Below are positions 19,727 through 30,384 of a stretch of DNA of 64,000 bases, piece by piece. The translations under genes and the position numbers were made by a program. Position 1 is the first letter of the stretch, and the number at the start of each line of letters is the position of its first letter. The DNA is taken from positions 90,613 through 154,612 of the forward strand of contig CAZVGK010000004.1 of assembly GCA_964626665.1 (NCBI GenBank). Direction: 5' to 3'. The notes under the pieces were generated by a model, which worked only from the letters and a program-made list of their open reading frames with translations, ran no database searches and had not been told where the DNA came from. This DNA is from an uncultured Gemmatimonadota bacterium (GTDB taxonomy: Bacteria > SM23-81 > DAOVCL01).

Positions 19727-20828
19727 TTAAGCAGAGGGTGGCTTCCGCAACCAGGCCTCGATGAACTCATCGATATCCCCATCCATCACCGCCTGCACAT
19801 TTCCCTTCTCCAGTCCGGTGCGGTGATCCTTGACCATACTGTAGGGATGGAAGACATAAGACCTGATCTGGCTACCCCACTCTATCTTCTTCTTTTGGCT
19901 CTCCCTGCTGCTTCTCTTTGCCTCCTCCTTTTCCTGATAATGTCTGTAAAGCCTGGCCCTTAAGACCTTTAAGGCGTTTTCCCTGTTGCGATGTTGAGAT
20001 CTTTCGGATTGACATTGCACTACTATCCCTGTGGGCAAGTGGGTAACCCTCACCGCCGAGGAGGTCTTGTTCACATGTTGTCCTCCAGCACCACTGGCTC
20101 GAAAGGTGTCTATCTTTAGCTCAGAATCCTCAAGCTTTACCTCAATGGAATCCTCCACCTCCGGATAGACCCAAACGGAAGCAAAGGATGTATGCCTCCT
20201 CCGGTTGGCATCAAAGGGGGAGATACGCACCAACCTGTGCACGCCAGATTCGGCCTTAAGATAACCGTAGGCATATTCTCCTTTGGTTTCTATGGTAACG
20301 TTTTTTATCCCCGCCTCATCCCCTGGTTGCAAGTCCAGGACTAAAGCCTGGTAGCCCCTCTTCTCAGCCCACCTCAGATACATCCTCATCAACATCTGGG
20401 CCCAATCCTGGGACTCCGTTCCCCCAGCACCGGGATGAATGGTAAGCAGGGCGTCCTTGTGGTCATCCTCCTCTGCCAAGAGGAACTCTATCTCCATCCC
20501 CCCGATGAGGTCTTCCAACCCCCTTATCCCCTCCTCTACCTCCTTTGCCGTGGGTTCATCCTTTTCCTCTTCGGCCAGTTGTAAAAGGAGGGATAGCTCC
20601 TCCAATTCCCCATTTACCTTCTGCCACCTCTCAATCAACCCTTTGTTGGCCTTTATGTGGGTCAAGATCTTCTGGGCAGCATTTTGGTCATCCCAGAAGC
20701 CGGGTTCTCCCAGCTTTCGCTCCAGCTCCTTAATCTCCGTTCGCTTCCTCTCCAGGTCAAAGATACCCCCTGATCTGGGAGAGCCTTTTGGTATAGCCAC
20801 GCAGTCTATCCTCTAAATCCTCAAACAT
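19727..20828 (-). CDS. prfB: Peptide chain release factor 2 (programmed +1 frameshift)
   Basis: ATG 20828 MFEDLE...IRGYL, then CTT-TGA-C at 20762-20756 preceded by AGGGGG-TAT; downstream frame has SPF and GGQ. Confidence 0.97.
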
Positions 20829-21147
20829 CTCTCTCCCTTCTTTTAAGTGGATTTGATAACAATATATCAATTTCTTACTCCTTAAGTCAAATCCTTTTTC
20901 CCCTGCTTTATGAATTGACAAGAGAGAGGCCAATCCTTATTTTAAAAACGCCGATGCCGATAGGAATCGAGGCGAGGAGACCTCTCCCCAAAGGGGTATC
21001 TAACCGCAGAGCCACTAAGACCGCAGAGGAAATAAAAAGCGAAAGAGAGATGAAATAAAACGATAGTTAATAATTTTTAAACTTTGCAACTTTGCGGTTA
21101 ATTATTTTATTGCGGCTTTGCCGCGCTGTGAACAGTTGTTAAAAATA

Positions 21148-23646
21148 ATGTGTGAACTCTGGTCAAAGATAGAAGGACTTTTACCCCTTGTGCAGAAGCC
21201 ATCCCGTTACACCGGGGGCGAGTTAAACCAAATCAGAAAGGATCCTCAAGGGGTAAAAGTCAAGGTGGTTTTAGCCTTCCCCGATCTCTATGAGGTGGGG
21301 ATGTCCCATATCGGGCTAAAGATCCTCTATCATATCCTCAATCGTCGGGATGATGTCCTGGCCGAAAGGGTCTATGCCCCCTGGTCTGATATGGAGGAGA
21401 AGTTAAGGGAGAGGGATATTCCCCTCTTCTCCTTGGAGTCCCATACCCCGCTCAAGGAGTTCGATATAATTGGATTCTCCCTTCAGTATGAGTTGGACTA
21501 TACCAACATCTTAAATATGCTCGATCTGGCTGGCATCCCCCTCTTCTCCACGCAGAGAGGGAGGGATAATCCCCTCATCTTGGCTGGTGGCCCTTGTAGC
21601 TTCAATCCTGAGCCCCTCACGGACTTTATCGATGCTTTTGTTATCGGGGATGGGGAGGAGGTCATCGAGGAGATAGTGGAAACCACCCAGGGATATTCGA
21701 AGAGGGAGGAGCTGCTGCAAATCCTCTCCCAGATCCCTGGCGTCTATGTTCCCTCCCTTTACCAGGCAGATAATCACAGGTTAAAGCCACTCAGGGAAGG
21801 AGTCCCCGCGGCCGTTAAGGCTCGCAAGGTCAAGGAGCTTTTGTCGGAGTTCTATCCTACCCAGCCAATTCTTCCCTTTATGGAGGTAATTCACGATAGA
21901 GCCGCAGTGGAGATTATGCGGGGGTGCACGCGCGGATGTAGGTTCTGCAATGCCGGGACCATCTATCGCCCGGTAAGGGAGAGGAAAGTAGAGGACATCC
22001 TCCAGGAAGCCCATCAGGTGATTGGGCATTCGGGTTGGGATGAGGTCTCATTTGTTTCCCTCTCCTCGCCTGATTACACCAACTTGCTCCCTCTCTTGGA
22101 GAGATTTCATAACCATCCCGGGGGAGGGAAGGTAGCCACCTCCATCCCCTCTATGAGGCCGGATACCTTTTCGTCCTCTTTGGCTGGGTGGCTGAAGAGG
22201 GTAAGGAAGAGCAGCCTCACCTTTGCCCCGGAGGCGGGAACAGAGAGGTTACGCAGAGTAATCAACAAGGATATCTCCGAGGATGACCTCTTCCGGACGG
22301 TGGAGATCGCCTACCAGGAGGGGTGGAACCTAATCAAACTATACTTTATGATTGGCCTTCCTACTGAGAGAGAGGAAGATATAAGAGCGATTTGGAGGAT
22401 GGTAAAGGAAGTTTCCCGTATAGGAAAAAGGCTCGGAGGAAAGAAGGTAAACATCTCTCTCTCCCCCTTTGTGCCCAAACCCCACACGCCATTCCAATGG
22501 GAGAGACAGGCTACTCGGGAGGAGATATGGTCCAAGGTCGATATTTTAACTTCTTCACCTATTAAAGGAGCCCATTTCAAATGGAGGGACTCCAAGGTTG
22601 CCCGATTGGAGGGAATACTGGGCAGGGGGAACAGGAAATTGGGGGGGGTAATCTATCAGGCCTGGAGGAAGGGGGCGAGGCTCGAGGCCTGGAGCGAGAA
22701 GTTCCAACCCCACCTTTGGGAGGAGGCTTTTGAGAGCGAAGAGATTGACCCTCAGGCCTATCTCGGGGAGATAGACCCCCAATCTCCCCTTCCTTGGGAT
22801 CATATTCACAGTGGGGTAACAAAGGAGTTTCTTCTCCAGGAGAGGAAGAGGTCAAGAAGGGGGGAGCTCACCCCGGACTGCCGCCAGGTGGGCTGCCAGG
22901 AGTGGTGTGGGATCTGCGAAGATGGACTTGCCCCCAGGATTGATTCACCAGCAGAGGGAGAACCGATTAAGCTGGAATTTGGCCGGGGGGGAAAGAGAAA
23001 GTCGTACTTGCTGCCTCTTCAGAGGTTCAGGTATAGGCTCAAATACAGCAAGAGAGAGGAGTTGAGGTTCATCTCCCATCTCGACCTGATGAGGGCCTTT
23101 ATTCGAGCTATAAACCGCTCACAAATTCCTATCTCCTATTCAGAAGGATACCACCCCCATCCCAAACTGGCCTCTGGCCCCCCACTACCACTGGGTTATA
23201 CCTCCCAGGCAGAATACCTGGATATGGATCTTGCTAAACCATTTGCTGGGGATATAGCCGGCTATCTGAATGACTATCTCCCTCCGGGTTTGAGGATAGC
23301 TCAGGTCAAACCGATCTTATCCAAGGTTCGCTCCTTAAATTTTCTGCTTGAATATGGTGAGTATCTGGTGCGATTCCCCTTTTCTGAATCCAGGGAACTA
23401 AGAGAGAGAGTTGAAGATTTAGGTGATAATTTTGTTGGTATTGAGGAGATAGTTTTTTCTGATGAGGAAAGTCAGTTGAGGATCCTCCTCAAAATCGGGG
23501 GGCAGAATCACACAAAATTGAAGGAGATTTTGGGGACAGGATTAGGTCTGAAGGAGGAGGAAATAGCCTTAGCTCGGATTGAGAGAATCGGCCTCTATGC
23601 AAGAAGGGGGGGTAAGTTCCTCTCTCCTATGGAGGTGGAGGTTTAG
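21148..23646 (+). CDS. TIGR03960-type B12-binding radical SAM protein fused to TIGR03936/DUF2344 domain
   Basis: FPDLYEVGMSH; RGCTRGCRFC; FAPEAGTERLR; FISHLDLMR...YSEGYHPHPK. Confidence 0.92.
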   Translation: MCELWSKIEGLLPLVQKPSRYTGGELNQIRKDPQGVKVKVVLAFPDLYEVGMSHIGLKILYHILNRRDDVLAERVYAPWSDMEEKLRERDIPLFSLESHTPLKEFDIIGFSLQYELDYTNILNMLDLAGIPLFSTQRGRDNPLILAGGPCSFNPEPLTDFIDAFVIGDGEEVIEEIVETTQGYSKREELLQILSQIPGVYVPSLYQADNHRLKPLREGVPAAVKARKVKELLSEFYPTQPILPFMEVIHDRAAVEIMRGCTRGCRFCNAGTIYRPVRERKVEDILQEAHQVIGHSGWDEVSFVSLSSPDYTNLLPLLERFHNHPGGGKVATSIPSMRPDTFSSSLAGWLKRVRKSSLTFAPEAGTERLRRVINKDISEDDLFRTVEIAYQEGWNLIKLYFMIGLPTEREEDIRAIWRMVKEVSRIGKRLGGKKVNISLSPFVPKPHTPFQWERQATREEIWSKVDILTSSPIKGAHFKWRDSKVARLEGILGRGNRKLGGVIYQAWRKGARLEAWSEKFQPHLWEEAFESEEIDPQAYLGEIDPQSPLPWDHIHSGVTKEFLLQERKRSRRGELTPDCRQVGCQEWCGICEDGLAPRIDSPAEGEPIKLEFGRGGKRKSYLLPLQRFRYRLKYSKREELRFISHLDLMRAFIRAINRSQIPISYSEGYHPHPKLASGPPLPLGYTSQAEYLDMDLAKPFAGDIAGYLNDYLPPGLRIAQVKPILSKVRSLNFLLEYGEYLVRFPFSESRELRERVEDLGDNFVGIEEIVFSDEESQLRILLKIGGQNHTKLKEILGTGLGLKEEEIALARIERIGLYARRGGKFLSPMEVEV

Positions 23647-23864
23647 TGTATCTGGTTCTTTTCCACTTTGGTTGTCAGGAGTTGAAGAGTTAATGAGTTA
23701 TTGAGTTTTAATAGCTTATTTTTTTAGCACTCCCCTTTTCTAACTCATTTCCTCACTAACTCACCCTACTCATTTTACTCCTTAACTTGCCAAAATTTCC
23801 CTTGACAAATTTTTGTAATATTTTAATTTCAGCGTAACGGTGAAAAACCAAAAGCGGTGAAAAT

Positions 23865-24968
23865 ATGCATGAGAGAGGAATTTTAGATAAGGCGATAGGC
23901 GTCCTGAAGGAAAGCCTGGATTCTCCAGAGGTATTAGCATTTAAGATAGAGCCAGCTCCAGCTCTTGTCAGAGGAAGGGCTCCTGATGCGATATTTCGCA
24001 TTGAAATTGGGAAAGGACGGAAGAAATTAGAAGACTTGAGGAAAGAATCCGTAGAGTCTAAGCTTGCAGGAAAAAATTTTGTTGTGGAAGTCCGAATGAG
24101 TGTCCAACCTCGATTCTTAAGAAGTGGTATCTCGTACCTAAAGGAGATTAAAGAAGAATTTCCTGATTGGAATCCTCTTATAGTAACTCCTTACATTGGT
24201 CCAGGTGCAAGAGCGCTCTGTCGTAGGGAAGGAGTGAGCTATATAGATACCTTAGGAAATGTAGGTATCTTTCTCAAAAGTGTCTTCATTCTGAAAGAGA
24301 GTAAAGAGAGTCTGAAAACAGAAAGAAGAGAATTGAAGTCGTTATTTTCACCCAAATCTACACGCGTTATAAGAATTCTTCTGGAAAATGCTTCAAGAAT
24401 ATGGTTGTTTAAGGAGCTTGCCTCCACAACTCAGGTAAGTTTGGGACAAACATATAATGTTATAAGAAAATTGATTGATGAAGAGTATCTAAAGAGAACA
24501 GAAAAGGGGATAAAATTAGCTAAGCCTTCCGAACTCCTGGAGCGATGGAGCACTGTATATAAGGTTGCGCAGACGAATAAGATGGAAAGTTTCTATTTGT
24601 CAGAGAACGTTTATAGAAGACTTATTAAGCGAATAGCAGATATTGCTGAAAAAGAGAATTATTCCTATGCTTTTACTCTCTTCGCCGGCGCAAATTTAAT
24701 TACTCCCTGGGTGAGGACGCCTCATATGCATCTTTATCTGCTTGGTAATATTAAAGAGTTTGCCGAAAAAACTAATCTGAAGCCTGTTACCTCAGGTGGC
24801 AATGTCCATCTTATTCTCCCTTATGACGAGGGTGTATTTAATCCAATTCAGATGATAGAAGGGGTGAAAATTGTAGGCAATATACAGCTTTACCTTGACC
24901 TTGTAAATTATCCAGCGAGGGGGAAAGAACAGGCTGAGGTATTAAGAGAAAAAGTTATCAGGTTTTAG
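23865..24968 (+). CDS. AbiEi-like (type IV TA antitoxin / wHTH regulator)
   Basis: GVSYIDTLGNV, LFSPKSTRVIR, wHTH (ELASTTQVSLG), GGNVHL, QLYLDL...RGKEQAE; AT-rich. Confidence 0.8.
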   Translation: MHERGILDKAIGVLKESLDSPEVLAFKIEPAPALVRGRAPDAIFRIEIGKGRKKLEDLRKESVESKLAGKNFVVEVRMSVQPRFLRSGISYLKEIKEEFPDWNPLIVTPYIGPGARALCRREGVSYIDTLGNVGIFLKSVFILKESKESLKTERRELKSLFSPKSTRVIRILLENASRIWLFKELASTTQVSLGQTYNVIRKLIDEEYLKRTEKGIKLAKPSELLERWSTVYKVAQTNKMESFYLSENVYRRLIKRIADIAEKENYSYAFTLFAGANLITPWVRTPHMHLYLLGNIKEFAEKTNLKPVTSGGNVHLILPYDEGVFNPIQMIEGVKIVGNIQLYLDLVNYPARGKEQAEVLREKVIRF

Positions 24969-24971
24969 GAA

Positions 24972-25829
24972 ATGGTTGATGTAAGAGTATACGATTTGAA
25001 GACAGTAGAGACCTCAAAGAGTATTCTTCTGGAGGTCTCCGCGCTTCTGAAGGAATATAGAGAAAAATTTGTATTAGTTGGAGGATGGGCGCCTTATTTT
25101 CTGCTGAAAAGGTATAAGCCAAAGGAAGCTGAGTTTGAACATATAGGTTCAATAGATATTGATATTGCCTTTGACCTTAAAGAGATGCCGGATATGGATG
25201 AGGTTTATGAAAGCATCAGGCAGAAGCTGGAGCGAAATGGATACAAAATTAGAAAAAGCAAGGACGGTCAGCTTATCCCTCATAGTTTTGAGAAAGAAAT
25301 GGAGGGAATGATAATTCATGTAGATTTGCTTGCCTCTGAATATGGTGGGACTGGAGGGCGGCGCAGACATCAGAGGATACAGGACATATTGGCAAGAAAA
25401 GTGAGGGGTGTGGATATAGCCTTTCAAGCCAATGAAAAGTTTGAGTTAGAAGAGTATCTTCCTAATAAAGCGAGATATAAGCTGCAAATAAGAGTTTCAG
25501 ATGTTGTAGCAGTCATTACAATAAAAGCAATAGCCTTTAACACGGATATAACCAGAACTAAGGATGCGTATGATATATATTCCGTTCTGAGATATTACAA
25601 AAATGGGGTGGCCAGTGTGATTGATGAAGTAAGACCCTGGTTAAAGCACAAGTTGGTAAGAGAGGCAATAGAAAAGCTGTCTTCTTTATTTTCTACAATA
25701 GATTCAGTGGGGGCCGTCGGTTTAGCAGATTTTATACTTCCAGAAGCCCGGAACTCTGGAGATTGGGAATTCTATAGAAGAGATGCTTTTGAATTAGTTC
25801 AGGAATTTTTAAAAGGGTTAAAAGGATAG
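24972..25829 (+). CDS. AbiEii-like nucleotidyltransferase toxin
   Basis: LVGGWA, GSIDIDI, KDAYDIY; 3 bp after the AbiEi-like gene. Confidence 0.8.
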   Translation: MVDVRVYDLKTVETSKSILLEVSALLKEYREKFVLVGGWAPYFLLKRYKPKEAEFEHIGSIDIDIAFDLKEMPDMDEVYESIRQKLERNGYKIRKSKDGQLIPHSFEKEMEGMIIHVDLLASEYGGTGGRRRHQRIQDILARKVRGVDIAFQANEKFELEEYLPNKARYKLQIRVSDVVAVITIKAIAFNTDITRTKDAYDIYSVLRYYKNGVASVIDEVRPWLKHKLVREAIEKLSSLFSTIDSVGAVGLADFILPEARNSGDWEFYRRDAFELVQEFLKGLKG

Positions 25830-26056
25830 GGTGCTTCCGCAGCTTAAGAATGGTCGATGGGGTCAGGCTGAAAATTAGGAGTTAAGGACATAGAAGACAA
25901 CACACCCAAAGTGCTTAACAGTTTTTGTATCGCTGTCCCCTTTCCTGTGTCAACTGGCTCATAGCTAAGGGACAAGTCAATCCTGTGGCAAAAGCCATCT
26001 TCAGTAGATGGAAAAGCTAATGCACTTTCTGCACCACCATCCCCAATTTCCCCAAA

Positions 26057-26495
26057 CAGAATATACTTGGATCTTGACATTTCTGAGCCATTTGCTGGGG
26101 ATATAGCCGGCTATCTGAATAACTATCTCCCTCCGGGTTTGAGGATAGCTCAGATCAAGCCGATCTTGCCCAAAGCCCGCTCCTTAAATTCCCTGTTTGA
26201 ATATGGTGAGTATCTGGTGCGATTCCCCTTTTCTGAATCCAGGGAACTAAGAGAGAGAGTTGAAGATTTAGGTGATAATTTTGTTGGTATTGAGGAGATA
26301 GTTTTTTCTGATGAGGAAAGTCAGTTGAGGATCCTCCTCAAGATCGGGGGGCGAGGTCACACCAGATTGAAGGAGATTTTGGGGACAGGATTAGGTCTGG
26401 GGGAGGAGGAAATAGCCTTAGCTCGGATTGAGAGAATCGGCCTCTATACCAAAAAGGGAGGCCAATTTCTCTCCCCTATGGAGGTGGAGATTTAA
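26057..26495 (+). pseudogene. Duplicated 3' end of the radical SAM gene (homologous to ~23210-23646)
   Basis: Long identical stretches (e.g. GAATATGGTGAGTATCTGGTG...GATCCTCCTCAA) with scattered substitutions toward both ends. Confidence 0.95.
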
Positions 26496-26594
26496 CTCAC
26501 CTATTCTACGGACGGAAAGGAAAACTATCGAGAAAAGTCCTTGACTCAATGAGAGAGCTTAAGTAAACTGATCTAAGAAAATGAAAGCTGGGGT

Positions 26595-27392
26595 ATGCTT
26601 ATGTTAGACTTAAATAAAATTTTTGAAGGTGACTGCTTTGAGTTAATTCATAAAATTGATTACGAAAGCCTCGATTTAATTGTGTGTGACGGACCCTACG
26701 GTGTAACTGGAAAAAGGTGGGATAAAGTTGCTAACATTCAGGAATTCAATCTAAAGCTCATTCAGGTTTTCTCAAAGAAATTGAAAAGGGGAGGAGCGTT
26801 GTATCTATTTGGTAAACCAAATTGTATTGACTTCATTGATTACACCCCCTTTTTAACATTGAACGCAAGAATTGTTTGGTATCAACCAAGCAGATTAGCA
26901 CAGGGCAGGACTAACTACACGAATAATTATGATATTATCGCTTATTTCACTAAAGGGAAAGCGCGGACTTTCAACTTAGATGATATACGAGTGCCCCAAT
27001 TAGTAGAGTTGGAACACAGAAAAAGGTGCGAGAAAGTCCCCTCTGTTGTATATGGTAAATTCGGAAAAACAAAGTTTAACGAAAAAGGCAAAAATCCTGG
27101 TGACGTGTGGGTCGATATTAAACAGCTGACCTATAAATCAAACGAATTATTGAGTCGAGATTTTCTTCACACTATACAAAAACCAAAGAAACTGATTGAA
27201 AGAATTGTAAAGGCAAGTTCACAAAAGGAAGATTTAGTTTTAGATCCATTTGTAGGGACAGGAACAACTCTTGTTGTTTGCGAAGAACTTAAACGAAATT
27301 ATATCGGATTTGAATTAGACCCAAAACTATTTCAAATTTGCATAGAGCGCTTAAGAGAAATTAAAATGAAGCATGAACTTATGTTGCTGTAA
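26595..27392 (+). CDS. Site-specific DNA methyltransferase (beta class N4/N6)
   Basis: Motif IV DGPY near the N-terminus; HTIQKP; VLDPFVGTGTT; promoter TTGACT-N17-TAAACT at 26541. Confidence 0.92.
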   Translation: MLMLDLNKIFEGDCFELIHKIDYESLDLIVCDGPYGVTGKRWDKVANIQEFNLKLIQVFSKKLKRGGALYLFGKPNCIDFIDYTPFLTLNARIVWYQPSRLAQGRTNYTNNYDIIAYFTKGKARTFNLDDIRVPQLVELEHRKRCEKVPSVVYGKFGKTKFNEKGKNPGDVWVDIKQLTYKSNELLSRDFLHTIQKPKKLIERIVKASSQKEDLVLDPFVGTGTTLVVCEELKRNYIGFELDPKLFQICIERLREIKMKHELMLL

Positions 27393-27911
27393 TGATGTCA
27401 GAGAAAATAATAGCACAAATCATAGCATTAGTTCGAAAAGCACAGAATTTAGCCTTGAAAATAGGTATTCCTAATATCCTGCAGCCAGGTTTAGTGAAGA
27501 AAATAATTATCGCTGAGATTATTAGATCATAAGTTAATAGTATCAAAAAGAGATGCGGATGCTTGTGATAGAAATAACCCCAATGTTAAATATGAATATC
27601 TTACTTGTTATGAAGGTGGCACAGGACAATTGAATAGAATGTTCAAAGAACCACTAAATAAACGAGAAGATTCCTTATACCGAATCAAGAGGAATAAGAA
27701 GATTTATTTTGCCGTTTTTTACAAAAGCAACCCGCTAATAGTGAAAGTTCTCTATGAAGTCGCGCCTTATATTTTATTAGAAGAAGCAGTAAGACAATTA
27801 GATAGAAGCAAGAATCCTATTTCTCATGTAGGTTTTTCAGAAAATTGGGTAAAAGAAAATGGTATAGTAATTTACGAAGACAAAGCACGTCGACCAAGAG
27901 AAAATGGTTGA
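27392..27911 (+). pseudogene. Frameshifted PvuII-like type II restriction endonuclease
   Basis: TAATG coupling to the MTase; removing one base near 27521 gives a ~172-aa ORF (AQNLALKIGIPNILQ...DADACD...YEY...WVKENGIVIY). Confidence 0.7.
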
Positions 27912-28152
27912 CTTTTTATAGCAAAAATAAATTTGGGGTCAAATCTTTAATTACAAACCCCGTCAAACTAGCTCGAATTTTTCACTTTTTTGGGCACTTT
28001 TCTTATCGGAAGCACTGCCAACGGAAAATTTTAGGATTCTGTACCGTCAGGGCTTCTGCCCTGACGAAAGAAGTCCCTTTGTGGATGATAACATCCACAA
28101 AGAGCGCTAGGTTCTCCCCCCTTTTCAGATTTTGCCTGCAGAAAATCCCAAG

Positions 28153-28752
28153 CTACTTCAGCAAAATCATCTTTCGGGCCTTACTCACCTTTAACCTATC
28201 ACCTTTCACCTCTAACCTATAGAAGTAGATGCCGCTGGGGAGGGAACTCGCCTCCCACCTAACGGTTTTGTATCCGGCTTTCTGCCTGGCATCAACCAAG
28301 GTGGCCACCTTCTGGCCCAAGATGTTGTAGACCTCCAACCTGACCGCCGTCGGTCGTCCGCCGTCCGCGGACAACTCATAACGGATGAGGGTAGTTGCAT
28401 TGAAGGGATTGGGGTAGTTCTGTAGCAAACCAAAGGATCTGGGTGGCTCCAGCAGGTTTTCTGTTCTCACCCCCACAGGAACCCCCTCTCTTACCAGCGC
28501 CGGGCCCCCATAAAGATTGTAATCAAACATATTTTGGTATTCATAAAAATGATCCCAACCAAAGTTATAGTGAACATAGGACTTTGAGTTATAAAGAGCT
28601 TCGCCAATCCTCTCAGGTCCACTTGGCCCATCGATCATGTAATGATTGAACTCATAGCACATTGCCTCAGCACCAGCATGATATACAGACCAATCCACTG
28701 AAACAGCAGCTCCACTGAAATGTTGCCGGCAAACGCTATCCGCAAAGCCCAA
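28153..28752 (-). pseudogene. 3' fragment of a secreted protein with T9SS-type C-terminal sorting domain (C25 peptidase-like tail)
   Basis: YNLYGGPAL, QNYPNPFNATT, VYNILGQKVATL, LPSGIYFYRL, KMILLK; no signal peptide or good start. Confidence 0.7.
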
Positions 28753-29032
28753 AGTTCTCTATTGGTGATCTTAAAGACCCATCTAAACCGTTTTACCGTT
28801 TACTCCAATCAGAGGACCTTGCGGGCTCTCAGAAGGTTTGGCTGGGCCAAATTGACCCAAGAGACCCAATAATATAAGAAAATTGACCTGATAAATCAAG
28901 GTCAATTTTAAACGGTCACAAATATTACCTAACCCAATCTATTCACTATGTAGATTTTTTGTAAATAATTCGGGTTTATAGCCCTTAAATCTAAAGGGGG
29001 AAATAGAACATATCAGCCAAATTTGTCAAATG

Positions 29033-29578
29033 TCAAGGGCTGACCCTTGTTTTTTGGACATACTCATACCCCCGATCAAAGGCCTGCAGGTTCAGCTCCA
29101 CAAACCTGGAGGGGACGGATTCAGGGATGGTTCTCTTCATCGCCTCTACCGAAACCACCTTGGTAATCCCGGTAAAAAACCCCAACATAACCATATTGGC
29201 AATGATGCGCATCTTCAGCTCTTCAGCAAACCTGGTGGCCGGAATGGGGTAGAAGTTGGAGGTTCCCCTTCCTTCCAACTTGACCAGATCCGCATCGCTA
29301 AGCAGCACCCCCCCCTCCCGCAAAGTGGAGGCAAACTTGTTGTATGCCTCCTGGGACATCACGATGAGGACATCGGGGTTGTCCACAAACGGGTAGTTTA
29401 TGGGTCCCTCGCTAACCACGACCTGGGAGGAACAGGCCCCTCCCCGGGCCTCTGGGCCATAGGACTGGATAAGGCTGGCCTCCTTCTTATCATAAATCGC
29501 TGCCGCCTTACCGATTATGTAGCCTGACCTCATAATTCCCTGGCCCCCAAATCCTGCCACCCTTATCTCAGCCATCAC
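29033..29578 (-). CDS. korC: 2-oxoacid:ferredoxin oxidoreductase gamma subunit
   Basis: GFGGQG, QSYGPEARGG, ANMVMLG. Confidence 0.9.
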   Translation of the reverse strand: MMAEIRVAGFGGQGIMRSGYIIGKAAAIYDKKEASLIQSYGPEARGGACSSQVVVSEGPINYPFVDNPDVLIVMSQEAYNKFASTLREGGVLLSDADLVKLEGRGTSNFYPIPATRFAEELKMRIIANMVMLGFFTGITKVVSVEAMKRTIPESVPSRFVELNLQAFDRGYEYVQKTRVSP

Positions 29579-30384
29579 AAACCCCTTCTTAGTTCAATCA
29601 GTTTATCCGTGTAGGTGGGTCTCTCTATATCCACAAACTTGCCCAGTATTATCTCTCCACCCACCTCAATGTCGGTAAGCTGGACATCGATCCCGTTCCT
29701 AATCACGCTCTTCTCCTTGAAGTATTTCATCATATCAATCCCCTCCGGTAGCTGGTTCTTGCGTCCGTAATCCGTAGGGCAAGGGGAGAGAACCTCCAGG
29801 AAGCTGAAACCACGCTTCTTGAACATCTCCGCTATGGCGCGCTTCAACTGAAAAACATGGAAAGCTGTCCATCTAGCTACATATACTGCCCCCGCAGCAG
29901 CAGCCAGGTGAGCGACGTTGAAAGGCCGTTCAATGTTCCCATAAGGGGCCGTAGTAGCCTTAGCCCCAGTAGGGGTGGTGGGTCCCATCTGCCCCCCGGT
30001 CATCCCATAGATGAAGTTGTCTATGCAGATTACCTTGATATCCACGTTTCTGCGGGCCGCATGAATGAAGTGATTCCCTCCAATGGCGAACAGGTCGCCA
30101 TCGCCGCTAAACACGAAGACCTCAAGGTTGGGATTGGCCAACTTAATCCCGGTGGCAAAGGGAATCCCCCGTCCATGGGTGGTATGAAACGAATCGAGGT
30201 TTAAGTAACCGGGCACCCTACCGGTGCACCCAATGCCCGATACAACAGCGAGTTTCTCCTCAGGGATGCCCAATTCCTCTATCGCCTTGATCGTGCAAGA
30301 GAGGACAGTGCCTATACCACAACCTGGGCACCAGATGTGGGGGAGCCTCTCCGTTCTCAGTAGATGATCCCTGGGATGGTTCAT
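29575..30384 (-). CDS. korB: 2-oxoacid:ferredoxin oxidoreductase beta subunit
   Basis: HIWCPGCG, SGIGC, GDGD...GGNH, YGMTGGQ. Confidence 0.92.
   Translation of the reverse strand: MNHPRDHLLRTERLPHIWCPGCGIGTVLSCTIKAIEELGIPEEKLAVVSGIGCTGRVPGYLNLDSFHTTHGRGIPFATGIKLANPNLEVFVFSGDGDLFAIGGNHFIHAARRNVDIKVICIDNFIYGMTGGQMGPTTPTGAKATTAPYGNIERPFNVAHLAAAAGAVYVARWTAFHVFQLKRAIAEMFKKRGFSFLEVLSPCPTDYGRKNQLPEGIDMMKYFKEKSVIRNGIDVQLTDIEVGGEIILGKFVDIERPTYTDKLIELRRGL

Noticed and set aside
25844-26080. 78-aa minus-strand ORF as a third cassette gene
   Set aside because: Its start lies inside the duplicated segment and it has no motif; at most a truncated remnant.
26067-26495. Independent 142-aa gene
   Set aside because: It is the duplicated 3' end of the radical SAM gene, with a TTG start and no SD.
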